From the IMG/VR virus record IMGVR_UViG_3300018488_000300: a stretch of DNA of 35,023 nucleotides; one strand, written 5' to 3'. The notes beneath the pieces were generated by a model. That model saw only the letters and a program-made list of their open reading frames with translations, was not told the DNA's origin and ran no database searches. This DNA is from a virus (Duplodnaviria > Heunggongvirae > Uroviricota > Caudoviricetes). Of this stretch, positions 8,465-18,153 are shown piece by piece. The translations under genes and the position numbers were made by a program. Numbering within the stretch: the first letter of the stretch is position 1; each line of letters opens with the position of its first letter.

Positions 8465-9088
8465 TTAAATCCTCCTTTCCTCTTCTCTTTTTACAGATTT
8501 GTACTTAGCCATATAATTCCTATCGTAAAACAGTTCTACTGCAGTGTTTGATAGAGACTCATCATATTGGTTGTAAATCAGAATTGAGCCTTCCTTGATG
8601 CTTAGAATCAATTCATCTTTTTCAGAAAAATCTGTTGCATCAGACTTAATTCTTCTACATACCTCAGCATAATCTGGTCTTTCCTTATGTTCTTCCCTTA
8701 ATATGATATTTAAGATTCTCTGCTCATCATCCGTATCAATCCATACCGGAATGATAGCTGCTTTATCCTTGTAATATGTTATGACTTCATCATATTGTTT
8801 TGGGCAGACAATCAAGCAGTAAGTCTTGTCATCTTCCACTTTTTCTTTCATGATTCCGAAGTACCAGTTCCCATATGCTGTTTCAATGTATAACTTTCCA
8901 ATGTATGGTTCTTCATGAAACTCTTTTTCTGACATAAAATAATAGTCTTTTCCATCGACTTCACCTGGACGTGCTGGTCTTGTTGTACATTCATGTAATG
9001 GATTCACGCCTAACTTCACCAGTTCATCTTTTAATGTATTTTTACCTGAACCGGATTTTCCTATAATAAGATATAGTATTGGTTTCAT
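8465..9088 (-). CDS. Guanylate kinase-like protein (divergent)
   Basis: GKSGSGKNT P-loop and TTRPARPGEVDGKDYYF GMP-binding signature. Confidence 0.85.
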   Translation of the reverse strand: MKPILYLIIGKSGSGKNTLKDELVKLGVNPLHECTTRPARPGEVDGKDYYFMSEKEFHEEPYIGKLYIETAYGNWYFGIMKEKVEDDKTYCLIVCPKQYDEVITYYKDKAAIIPVWIDTDDEQRILNIILREEHKERPDYAEVCRRIKSDATDFSEKDELILSIKEGSILIYNQYDESLSNTAVELFYDRNYMAKYKSVKREEERRI

Positions 9089-9123
9089 TCTTAAAATTTC
9101 TCCTTATTTTCATTATTCTCAAA

Positions 9124-9130
9124 TAGTATG
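9124..9130 (-). promoter_or_regulatory. CATACTA promoter-like motif
   Basis: About 36 nt upstream of ATG 9088. Confidence 0.55.
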
Positions 9131-9230
9131 GAGAAATTATTTTATTTATAATTTTGTAAACAATAGCGTTTAAGAATCAGTTATTGGGATTTTTAAATAT
9201 GAATTATGTTCCGAATTTACCAAATTGACA

Positions 9231-9237
9231 CATACTA
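9231..9237 (+). promoter_or_regulatory. CATACTA promoter-like motif (divergent partner of 9124-9130)
   Basis: About 77 nt upstream of ATG 9315. Confidence 0.5.
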
Positions 9238-9314
9238 TCAATGAGCCTGCCGCAAGGACTTAATCGTAGTGCAACGAAGCACTTATACCGCAACGGGAAA
9301 GGAGCGCTATCCGA

Positions 9315-10004
9315 ATGGATAAGCAAATATTATTATACGAGTACGAACAAATCTTACTCGGGAACAAAACTGGGTATGCACCCTATTATTTTAAATATGG
9401 CGATGATACATCGCAGAACTATGCCTTATATATTATTAAATTTGCAGTTGAAACTTACTTAGGATGGGATCCATGGGACTTTAAAAACCACTATAACCAA
9501 CAAATATCAAAACAACTAAAACTGGAGCCACTAATGAAATATATTGATTACCCTCCAGAATTAGATAAGACAAAGGATTATTATTATTTATCTGCTTTGA
9601 TTTATCCTGAAGTCATTAATATTGACATTAAGGAATTGGTGCTAAGAACCTATAAAGATGTGCTGGATGGGAAACTCTGTAAATTTCCAAAAGAGTACTT
9701 ATCCGGAACAAAGGGAATGATGCGGGCAAGTATCTGTTTACAATATATGCTATCCCAGAATTATACGTTTTCCAGTATTAAAGCGATGTATAAGTTTTTC
9801 TCCGAGCCATCTGGTTCAAGAGCACTAAAAAAATTCAGGTTAAGTAATATCTGCAATGAAATATACGAACATCCTTTAGATTATCTTCATGAATCACTCC
9901 CAAAAGGACAACAAGATGAATATTGGTATCATTTCTTCCGTTTTAAAGTTTTTTATAACGCACAGATGAAACAAATTAAAAAACAATCCAAAAGCAAGGC
10001 ATAA
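9315..10004 (+). CDS. Hypothetical protein, possibly DUF4046-like (two internal repeats)
   Basis: 229 aa, AAGGAG RBS. Repeated pattern (PYYF..ALYIIKF..YL.W and FPKEYL..A.ICLQY.L) recalled as DUF4046-like, not verified. Confidence 0.55.
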   Translation: MDKQILLYEYEQILLGNKTGYAPYYFKYGDDTSQNYALYIIKFAVETYLGWDPWDFKNHYNQQISKQLKLEPLMKYIDYPPELDKTKDYYYLSALIYPEVINIDIKELVLRTYKDVLDGKLCKFPKEYLSGTKGMMRASICLQYMLSQNYTFSSIKAMYKFFSEPSGSRALKKFRLSNICNEIYEHPLDYLHESLPKGQQDEYWYHFFRFKVFYNAQMKQIKKQSKSKA

Positions 10005-10005
10005 T

Positions 10006-10032
10006 AAAAAGACCGTTTAAGCGGTCTTTTTT
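10006..10032. terminator. Bidirectional terminator between convergent genes
   Basis: AAAAAGACCG-TTTAAG-CGGTCTTTTT. Confidence 0.75.
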
Positions 10033-10586
10033 ATTTTTAATCTTTCGAAAATTCTATTTTTTCCAGCCTGATATAATGATTTAATTTCATTTTCACTTGC
10101 CGAAGTCAAGAACACCTCTAAATCGGAATAGCCATAATTCGTTAATGATGCCTTGATTTCTTCTGTCATTACAGTATTGAAATCCCGGATAAATTTTCTG
10201 GCATCGTCAATATCGTTCTCATTGATTTGTTTCATGTATTTCTTTGTCAAAAAGTTGGAGCAGCGGTTAATGATGGTTCCTTCGTCCGCTGCATCTAACT
10301 CATCATAAGAGAGACATTCCACACACTGTTTCACGGAATTGACATAACCAATCTTGACCTTTCCAGGTTTTTCTTTTCCTGGTGTATTTGTGTCTATTTT
10401 TTTCGCGTTCTCCGACATCTTAGGTGCCTCTACCTTAACTGGAATGACTCCTTCCGGTTTTTTTACATCCTTTTTTATATCAAACATCGTGGAAGCCAAG
10501 TTCATTGCTTTTATTTTATCTTCATCGGATGGATTTTTTATAATAACATAAAACCTTGTTCCATCGTCAATCATTTCAATATTCAT
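10017..10586 (-). CDS. Hypothetical protein, third gene of the AAA-vWA operon
   Basis: 189 aa, GGAG RBS, 15 nt downstream of the vWA gene. Confidence 0.75.
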   Translation of the reverse strand: MNIEMIDDGTRFYVIIKNPSDEDKIKAMNLASTMFDIKKDVKKPEGVIPVKVEAPKMSENAKKIDTNTPGKEKPGKVKIGYVNSVKQCVECLSYDELDAADEGTIINRCSNFLTKKYMKQINENDIDDARKFIRDFNTVMTEEIKASLTNYGYSDLEVFLTSASENEIKSLYQAGKNRIFERLKIKKTA

Positions 10587-10601
10587 ATGATCTCCTTTGC
10601 C

Positions 10602-12647
10602 TTACCATTTCTTGACCATGTTTGTAAACTTTTTTACGATACCTGTAAACAGGTCAGTTGAAGACTCTATAAATACAAAGTCACTCCCATACATACGCTG
10701 TAATTTATCAAGATCAGCACCAATGGCTACACCTAAGACGGTCTGATTCTTGCTTCTAGCTTCCCTAATGGCATCTTTTGTATCAGAATATCCAGTTATG
10801 GAACTATAGGCTGAACATGCAGGCTGTCCATCTGAAATTACAATCATAATTTTATGGGTTTCTGGTCTTTTCTCAAGAACTTTTGATGCATATCGAATTG
10901 AATAACCGTCAAAGTTGTTTGCATCTGCATGAATAGATGTTAGTTTCAGCAGGTCGTTCTGTGCACTTGACCACATCGCATAATGATGATGCAGTACATC
11001 TACCTTTACTCTTTTTTCTTCTGATTCACCCTTTTTTTTCTTTGGCACGTATGTATCAGCCGTAAATCCCATAACATATAGCGGAATACCAAGTTTTTTA
11101 AAGATTTCCGCGAGATTGATTGCCGCTGCTTTTGCACGCTGGATTCTTGCACCTCCCATTGAACCTGACTGGTCAATTACCAGCATGACTGCCATATTTG
11201 ACTTATCTTTTGGTTCGACTTTCTTAGTAAAAACTTTTGAAGACACAGTACCACTAACTGTCCGTTTAAGGCTTAGCTTTCCAGATGACTTGTAAACCGT
11301 TTCTTCAGCATCTTCTGCAAATAATGCTTTTAATTTCTTGTAGCTACTATCAATTAGATCTGCATACTCTCCTACAATTTTGTTGTATCCTAGAACAGCG
11401 GCTTCCCTGTCTTCAAGGGTTGTAGTAACATTTGCACACTTATAATTCCTGTGCTCATATTTTTTTGTGACATCCGGAAACTCAAACGGCTTTTCTAAAG
11501 ATGTCTCAGTTGCGTCCCTTTCTGCAGCTTCGCCAAGTTCCAATTCTGTTCTAACCAAATTATCAAAGAAGTCACATCCCTTGACATCTATCTCATCTTC
11601 AATAGGATCGTAATCATTAATGGTAGAAAGATCAATCTCTTCCGTTTTATCATAAACGATGAAGTCTTCATCATTTCCGGTTATTGCTGATGGAGCAAAT
11701 TCATCTTCCTCTTCTTCTGAGGATATCAATTCTTCTTCCTCTTCCTCCATTTTTTTGGCATTTTCATACATTTCTCTTTCTTCTTCGCTTAATTCGCTAA
11801 TTTCCTTGATGGTTGTCTTTCTAGAAGCTCCTTTTGTATAGTCTGCCATGTCCTCTAATTCTTCTGGATCAAGTTTGGACCCGGAGCCGAATCCCTTCAT
11901 GGAACTTTTTCCAATCGCCATTCCAAGGCAAGAAATCATTTTTTCGAATGCACTTAGAGTCACATCGTCTATGTAAGTCAACTTAGCCTCTGCATCCCAT
12001 AATGGTTTTGAGATATTGTGAATCTTTAAAGCTAAATCAGCTCTCTTTTTAGAATCAACCTCTTCAACGGCTTCAGATGCAGTTGGTACACATTTATAAA
12101 AAATGGTTTTAGCAGCAGGTGTCTTAAACGTTCCTTTTAATGGACCCATATCACCAAATTGCTGTAATGCCATAATAAACTCTTCAAACGGTGTATCTGC
12201 TGAATCAATTGGATCTGCACAATCATATACTCTCTTTGTTGCATAGCGAAGGCTCTGTAACAGGAAACCTCCAATAAAGGTTGGTGCAAGCGATTCTACA
12301 GCCGGTTCCTCAATGATGCTACAAATCAAACGAAATACACTTCTTTCATATGGCTCAATGGATTCTGCAAGTTTATTCTGATAATCGAAATTGGTAAACT
12401 CAAGTCTCGCCATTTCTTTCGTAAATAGTCCAAACCGAAATGCCCTTGCTTTATGCTCATCCAGACCTTTTGTGAAACGGCTGTCCTTTTTTAAATAGAT
12501 GGCACGATTTGGTGGCGGAGTTGTATAAGCCACCTGATTCATACCCTCTGGGACATCACGAAGTGGAATTCTTTCTTTCTTTACTCCAAGATATTTCTTC
12601 TCCATTGCCAATTTCTCATATAACCATTCTGTATCATTCTTTTTCAT
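10602..12647 (-). CDS. vWA-domain protein (CobT/NorD-like partner of a MoxR ATPase)
   Basis: C-terminal MIDAS IDQSGSM, ANNFDG, IMIVISDGQP; acidic linker; N-terminal degenerate zincin-like segment. Confidence 0.88.
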   Translation of the reverse strand: MKKNDTEWLYEKLAMEKKYLGVKKERIPLRDVPEGMNQVAYTTPPPNRAIYLKKDSRFTKGLDEHKARAFRFGLFTKEMARLEFTNFDYQNKLAESIEPYERSVFRLICSIIEEPAVESLAPTFIGGFLLQSLRYATKRVYDCADPIDSADTPFEEFIMALQQFGDMGPLKGTFKTPAAKTIFYKCVPTASEAVEEVDSKKRADLALKIHNISKPLWDAEAKLTYIDDVTLSAFEKMISCLGMAIGKSSMKGFGSGSKLDPEELEDMADYTKGASRKTTIKEISELSEEEREMYENAKKMEEEEEELISSEEEEDEFAPSAITGNDEDFIVYDKTEEIDLSTINDYDPIEDEIDVKGCDFFDNLVRTELELGEAAERDATETSLEKPFEFPDVTKKYEHRNYKCANVTTTLEDREAAVLGYNKIVGEYADLIDSSYKKLKALFAEDAEETVYKSSGKLSLKRTVSGTVSSKVFTKKVEPKDKSNMAVMLVIDQSGSMGGARIQRAKAAAINLAEIFKKLGIPLYVMGFTADTYVPKKKKGESEEKRVKVDVLHHHYAMWSSAQNDLLKLTSIHADANNFDGYSIRYASKVLEKRPETHKIMIVISDGQPACSAYSSITGYSDTKDAIREARSKNQTVLGVAIGADLDKLQRMYGSDFVFIESSTDLFTGIVKKFTNMVKKW

Positions 12648-12746
12648 TTTATAATCTCCTTATTATGATATTTTCGAATCCAGCAAAGCTGGATTCGATT
12701 GTATATTTAAGTTATCTGTGTAATCACAGATTTCCTAATGGTCTAA

Positions 12747-14330
12747 TTAACGACGACGACGTCTTGTTCCTCCGAATTCCCTGAGTGAATCAATGACGTT
12801 ATCTTTTACACTCTTGGCGGCTTCCAAATCAACTTCAGCAATTTTTCCAACAAGAGTATTATTCAATGCTGTTTTAGGATCATCACCCTCTTGCATACAT
12901 TCCAATGCACCAAAACATCCTCGTAATGTAATGTTTTCGCATAATTCTTCTTGTGATTGTTTCGGATCTTTAAGATAGTTAATAATTGACGTATAGGCGT
13001 CATAAACATAGCGGCATTTATCCATTTCATGCCCTTTCGATGCTAAAATATCAATGAATGTCTTCTTATCAGGGTCATCTAAAATGTAAGTACATTTGAA
13101 ACGAGAAGATAATGCCTGATTCAGCTGTTTTGAGCCTGCTGTTCCTGTATTCATTGTTCCGATGATAACACATAAAGGATGCCTTCTAACTGGCTTATAA
13201 CCATCTTTCATTACTACAAATGGGTATTCAATTGCCTGGCCTAATGCTCCCATTACAACTGCAGGGTCAGCCAGGTTGATTTCTTCACATACAATAATTC
13301 CTCCATGCTCATATGCTTTTAGAAACTCAGTTTCCACAAAATCAATTTGACCATTTACAACCTTATTTTTTCCTTCAATCGTATCTTCCTCTGTATTCTT
13401 ACTAAATGGGATTTCATAAACTGGAAGTTTAGTCATTGCTCCAACAGCGTTAGCTGTGGTTGTTTTACCAGTTGCTGGTCTTCCAACCAAAAGGATATTG
13501 ATATAATCGTTTCCAATCGCTTCAACTCCTTCTGCACCAGAATTAATTCTGTCAATTACCCTATCTAGTCGATATTTAATCTTTCTTGCAATTGATTCCG
13601 TTGATTCAGTCTTTACATAAGTATCCAACATCTTTTTATTTGGGATTCGTGCTTTCTCTTCTTCTTCCCAAAAATCATACTTTACCGCATAGTCCGTTTC
13701 TGTCTTTTCACTCACGACAGGTGTAGCTGATGCCTCAAAATCCAATTTCGGTGAAATATCCGAAAATAGACTCATTTGATGAAATACACCTGCACTAATT
13801 GCTTCACGGATTACTTCTGCTCTCAGTCCATTCGGAATACAATCAAAATCATTGCGTCCTTCTGCTTGGATGAATCCATAATAGAATGCATCACAGAACA
13901 GTAAAACTACCTCTTTTAGATTTGATCCCTCTTTGATATTTCTAAAATAGCACTTTAATTCATCCGAACAATCCGACCGGCTATTTCCTTCCGATAATGA
14001 AAATACTACCATAGGGACTAGTACCATATAATCATTTGGTACACTGCCAATCCAAGTAATAGATCCTCCGTCATAACATGCTTCATATGTAACTCCACCA
14101 TGTGTAAATTTCGTATAAATAGCCTCGTCACTTTCATAAGCTATGATACTATTCTCGATAAAAATCTTATCTAGAATCAAACCAACTGTTGAATAGCGGG
14201 CTGCACTTGTCTTTTCAGCAGGTCTTTGTAAACTCTTGATTCCTGCTGGACCCGTAGAACTTGTCTTTGTATCAGATAGTCTAATTTGGGTTGGCTTGAT
14301 TTTATATAATATATTACTTGTTCTTTTCAT
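12747..14330 (-). CDS. MoxR/CbbQ/NorQ-like AAA+ ATPase with an N-terminal unknown domain
   Basis: GRPATGKTT Walker A, CEEINLA Walker B, IIGTMN sensor, LSSRF Arg finger. Start moved to ATG 14330 (AAAGGAG RBS). Confidence 0.88.
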   Translation of the reverse strand: MKRTSNILYKIKPTQIRLSDTKTSSTGPAGIKSLQRPAEKTSAARYSTVGLILDKIFIENSIIAYESDEAIYTKFTHGGVTYEACYDGGSITWIGSVPNDYMVLVPMVVFSLSEGNSRSDCSDELKCYFRNIKEGSNLKEVVLLFCDAFYYGFIQAEGRNDFDCIPNGLRAEVIREAISAGVFHQMSLFSDISPKLDFEASATPVVSEKTETDYAVKYDFWEEEEKARIPNKKMLDTYVKTESTESIARKIKYRLDRVIDRINSGAEGVEAIGNDYINILLVGRPATGKTTTANAVGAMTKLPVYEIPFSKNTEEDTIEGKNKVVNGQIDFVETEFLKAYEHGGIIVCEEINLADPAVVMGALGQAIEYPFVVMKDGYKPVRRHPLCVIIGTMNTGTAGSKQLNQALSSRFKCTYILDDPDKKTFIDILASKGHEMDKCRYVYDAYTSIINYLKDPKQSQEELCENITLRGCFGALECMQEGDDPKTALNNTLVGKIAEVDLEAAKSVKDNVIDSLREFGGTRRRRR

Positions 14331-14400
14331 TTCAAAATCTCCTTTATTCTTCATTGACTACACATGAATAATGGTAGATTTATAATTGAAATAACTATAA

Positions 14401-14427
14401 AAAGAAAAAAGACAGTTTCCTGTCTTT
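14401..14427 (-). terminator. Terminator after recD2
   Basis: AAAGACAG/CTGTCTTT hairpin followed by a T tract on the minus strand. Confidence 0.65.
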
Positions 14428-14453
14428 ATAAATTCATTAAAAATCAATCCTTT

Positions 14454-16748
14454 TTAGAATGTTCTTGATATCTGTAGTATCCTTTCTTTTAAATAGGTGT
14501 TACGTGTTTCTTCAGAATCATTTTTTGCTGCAAGTGCAGCTGCTTTTTTACTTCCAACCAGTTCTTCTTCCAATCCAGCTCTTGAAACAGCAGTATAAAA
14601 CATTTTCCGTTTCATGAAATATGTATATTCTGAACTTACAACCACAATCAGGGCTTTATATTCGCTGCCTTGACTTTTATGAATACTGATAGCATAAGCC
14701 AATATCAGATACTCATATACATCTGAAAAACTATAAAAAGAAATATGTCCATCATCAAATAAGACTTCAACCATTTCCTCTTCATAATCGATATCGTAAA
14801 CAGTACCTGTATCTCCATTGAATATACCCTCTTCTTTATTCCCTAGTGTATCAATGGTCACACGTCTATAATTATTTTTAATATTCATGACACGATCGTG
14901 TATTCTTAATCCACTTGGATTATCTGGATTTTCTTTGCTTGCTGGATTATATCGTTCACGGATTTTTTTGTTAATCATTTCTACACAACCAAATCCTTTG
15001 GTCTTAATTGGAGAAATAATGCCAATTTCACTTGGTATATATCGTTTTAGGAGTTTTAGGTATGCTTCAACAATGTAATCCGGTATTTCTTCCTTGTCCA
15101 ATGTCGTAAATTTAAAAGTATCATCATACTTATAGCTGCTAGGACTTTTACCTTCATTAATTAACTCTGAGTTAATTGCGATTGCTCCTGCATTTCTAAA
15201 ACCAATCGTCAAGTATGTCATTGGTATAACCTCAGAATCAATTAAATCTTTTAAAACATTTCCAGGTTCTATCGATGGCAACTGGTTTTTATCACCAATA
15301 AGTATTAAATTACAATCCTCAGCAATCCAAAACAACATTTCTGCTAAAACAATACCCAACATGGATGTTTCATCTAGGATTATTAATTTATTTTTTGGAA
15401 AAATCCCAGTTTTTTTGATTTCATTCCTATAACGATGGATTGTCATGGCCTTATGCCCAGTTGCCTCTGTCATACGTTTTGCAGCTCTACCTGTGGGTGC
15501 CAATAGAACAACATTATCATCATCATCCCAGCATGAAATAATTGTCTTTGTAATGGTTGTTTTACCTCTACCAGGTCCACCTACGATTAGACTCAGTCGA
15601 TGAGCAAGGCTTTTCTTGACTGCCTCAACTTGTTGTGGTGCATATTCAATTCCGTCTGCATCTTCTATCTCCTTGATTATATATTCAATATCAGACTCGC
15701 TGATTTTTTTGACAGGTTCTTTTCTTAGCATGGAAACGATTCTTGATGCAAGCTTTATCTCTGTCAAATACAAGTCCCTTGAATAGATTCTGGTATCATC
15801 AATTTCAATGCTTCTTGCAGATTCTTCTTTAGATTCGACTTCTACGAGCGCATCGCTTAACAATTCTATGATGCATGTAAATTTATCAGCGTAATCCGTT
15901 AATTCAGCTGATTTTTTATGTGATGAAATATAATCATCTATGGTATCGCTTCCTGATAGTAATTCGTTTTGTATCTTGTTGAATTCCTTATTCGTTATTC
16001 CCTCTGGCTTATTCAGTATTAAATTAGTAACTTCCTTGGCCAATTGGTCCATTTCCAGATAGCAATGGGCTTCCTTGACTGATACATATTTCAGGACATA
16101 TGTGGCCGCAGCTTCAATTCGTTCTTTCGAATATTCTTTGATTCCAGAAGCTAATGCTAATTTATCTACTTTTTTAAAACCAAATCCATCAATATGTTCA
16201 ATTAACCAGTATGGATTTTTTTTGATTTCTTCGAACTTGTCAATCTTACCTGTACATGCTGATATGATTTTATCTACTTGATCAGATGTCACATCATTGT
16301 TGAAATACTGAAACACAGCAAGATACAGCTGGATATGTTCAGTTTCATTCAATGATTTTGTAATCATTTCAAGTTTTTTCTTCTTAATTCCTTTTATATT
16401 ATAAAGAATGGTTGGATCTTTTTTTATTTTGTCAATGCAATCATCACCATACTCATCTACAATTTTTTTTGCTAGTGATTCTCCTATTCCTTTTACGCAT
16501 TTATATAGAAAGGCAATGGTTGGAGACTCCTTTATGGTTATTGTATCAATTTCTATTTGTTTCCCATATTTTGGGTCATTCACCTCACTTCCTTCCAGTT
16601 CGATTTCAAGGCCATTATAAATCATCCCTGTTATTTTTCCTTTTGCAATTTTTCTTTCATGCGTCACATTATCTTCGAAAAGAATACATGCCCAATCTCC
16701 TTTTTGTGAAAAAATCTTTGCTATTTTTCCATAATATTTTTCTGTCAT
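14454..16748 (-). CDS. recD2: RecD2-like SF1B ATP-dependent DNA helicase
   Basis: N-terminal HhH (VKGIG, IDGFGFKKVD), GGPGRGKTT, LAPTGRAAK, DETSM, GDKNQLPSIEPG, LAYAISIHKSQGSEY. Confidence 0.92.
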   Translation of the reverse strand: MTEKYYGKIAKIFSQKGDWACILFEDNVTHERKIAKGKITGMIYNGLEIELEGSEVNDPKYGKQIEIDTITIKESPTIAFLYKCVKGIGESLAKKIVDEYGDDCIDKIKKDPTILYNIKGIKKKKLEMITKSLNETEHIQLYLAVFQYFNNDVTSDQVDKIISACTGKIDKFEEIKKNPYWLIEHIDGFGFKKVDKLALASGIKEYSKERIEAAATYVLKYVSVKEAHCYLEMDQLAKEVTNLILNKPEGITNKEFNKIQNELLSGSDTIDDYISSHKKSAELTDYADKFTCIIELLSDALVEVESKEESARSIEIDDTRIYSRDLYLTEIKLASRIVSMLRKEPVKKISESDIEYIIKEIEDADGIEYAPQQVEAVKKSLAHRLSLIVGGPGRGKTTITKTIISCWDDDDNVVLLAPTGRAAKRMTEATGHKAMTIHRYRNEIKKTGIFPKNKLIILDETSMLGIVLAEMLFWIAEDCNLILIGDKNQLPSIEPGNVLKDLIDSEVIPMTYLTIGFRNAGAIAINSELINEGKSPSSYKYDDTFKFTTLDKEEIPDYIVEAYLKLLKRYIPSEIGIISPIKTKGFGCVEMINKKIRERYNPASKENPDNPSGLRIHDRVMNIKNNYRRVTIDTLGNKEEGIFNGDTGTVYDIDYEEEMVEVLFDDGHISFYSFSDVYEYLILAYAISIHKSQGSEYKALIVVVSSEYTYFMKRKMFYTAVSRAGLEEELVGSKKAAALAAKNDSEETRNTYLKERILQISRTF

Positions 16749-16790
16749 TTTATTTATTGTCGGCTCCTTTCATATTTTCACTGCTATATT

Positions 16791-16797
16791 TAATATG
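16791..16797 (-). promoter_or_regulatory. CATATTA promoter-like motif
   Basis: About 43 nt upstream of the recD2 ATG, about 19 nt after the preceding terminator. Confidence 0.5.
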
Positions 16798-16815
16798 TCT
16801 TTTTTACTTAAATAT

Positions 16816-16838
16816 AAAAAAGCCGCATATGCAGCTTT
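16816..16838 (-). terminator. Terminator after the DUF488-YspA gene
   Basis: AAAGCTGC-ATAT-GCGGCTTTTTT on the minus strand. Confidence 0.65.
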
Positions 16839-17704
16839 AGTTAAAAAATGTTGGATTTACAACTGTGATTGGCCGATTAATTGATTCTGCATATCCTACA
16901 CAGTTTCCAGTACCACCCTTTGTGCCATCCCAAACAGCAATAACTTCATTTGAGATGTTAACCACATATTCGTTTCTTACTTGCATTAAATAAGGTTCAT
17001 ATGTGATATTGGATACAAGTGTTATCTGATCTGCATGTTTTAAAAGCTCATGATAGTGTTCCTGTGATTGTTTCGGCCATTTACATGGATGGTTTTGACA
17101 TGGAATTGCCACAATCAGTTTGATATCATATCCTTCTTTTTTTAATTCCACAACCGCCTCTGCATATACCTGGTCCACGCCCAATGCCATACCAGACACT
17201 GCCTTGGTACACTTCATTTTAATCAACATTTCTTTAAAATACTTTTTCATCAAGGTGTAATGTTCATTATGCATATCATATCCAAACAGTTTATTTGGCC
17301 GATGTCCAGTCACAGAAATAATCACTTCATTTATTTTCATCTCTGGATCCCATTCTTCTATAAAATATCCAGCTTCTCGCAACCACTTTGCAACTAAATG
17401 ACGATGGCAGAAGTCTTCCGGTTTTTCATAACAGGTCAATGCAATATCTTTTCCGCTAGTCATCTTAACCAGTTCTGATACCACCTTGTGAGGATTCAAT
17501 ATATCAGTAACTTCTTCCTTAAAGTGTTTGACATAGTAATCATTATCTTTTGTTTCTTTCCACTCTTTAAAAAATCCAATTTTAGGAGCCAATTTTTTAT
17601 ATTCAATTCCTTCATATCCGGCCGGTGATTTTCCGGCAATTGATATCGGGACAATACTGTCTGGCATTTTTTTTTGTTTTTGCAAAATAACTCGTATATA
17701 TCAT
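16837..17704 (-). CDS. DUF488-like + YspA/DUF1273 (SLOG) fusion with a +1 frameshift in an A9 tract at codons 10-13
   Basis: True start MIYTSYFAK at ATG 17704 (GGAGG RBS). DUF488 motif CYEKPEDFCHRH; SLOG motifs TGHRP, SGMALGVD, RNEY, WDGTKGGTGN. A8 would restore the frame. Confidence 0.8.
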
Positions 17705-17707
17705 CTT

Positions 17708-18055
17708 TTACCTCCACTCTGTAAAAAATATCATTTTATAATTTGGCAAATTCTCCGGAATTGGTAAGTTAAGCTGTTTTAAAGCTTCGTCTACTAAAGG
17801 CTTCTTATCAAGGATATCCTCTATTCCAATTGATTCCATCCATTCATTTTCATCATCTCTGTTCGATATAATATAGCCAAAATATAAATCAATTCCATTC
17901 ATCGGATCTGTAAATAACTGTATGTTGCCTTTGCTAGTTCGGCATGTCCAATTCTCGCCTTCTTCTGTCCAAATCCAGTTATTATCTAATATTTCGGATC
18001 TCTTACTTGAAAAATCATAACCTAATATGGCATAATGTGTTGCGTATGTACTCAT
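17708..18055 (-). CDS. Hypothetical protein
   Basis: 115 aa, AAAGGA RBS, translationally coupled to the next gene. Confidence 0.75.
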   Translation of the reverse strand: MSTYATHYAILGYDFSSKRSEILDNNWIWTEEGENWTCRTSKGNIQLFTDPMNGIDLYFGYIISNRDDENEWMESIGIEDILDKKPLVDEALKQLNLPIPENLPNYKMIFFTEWR

Positions 18056-18128
18056 TTTTATATCCTTTCTATATTTTTATTCTTCGAATCTCTGACACAT
18101 TTTCCTCCTTCTGTTTTTTTTCTATAAT

Positions 18129-18135
18129 TAATATG
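18129..18135 (-). promoter_or_regulatory. CATATTA promoter-like motif
   Basis: About 74 nt upstream of ATG 18055, just after the pspA terminator. Confidence 0.45.
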
Positions 18136-18153
18136 TATTTTTATAATATTCGT

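Noticed and set aside
9241-9462. 73-aa + strand ORF overlapping the 9315 gene
   Set aside because: Starts 3 nt after the promoter-like motif, has no RBS and overlaps a better-supported gene out of frame; treated as leader sequence.
18072-18108. GGAGG followed by mini-ORFs (MCQRFEE / VSEIRRIKI) upstream of the 115-aa gene
   Set aside because: Very short, poor RBS spacing, no supporting structure.
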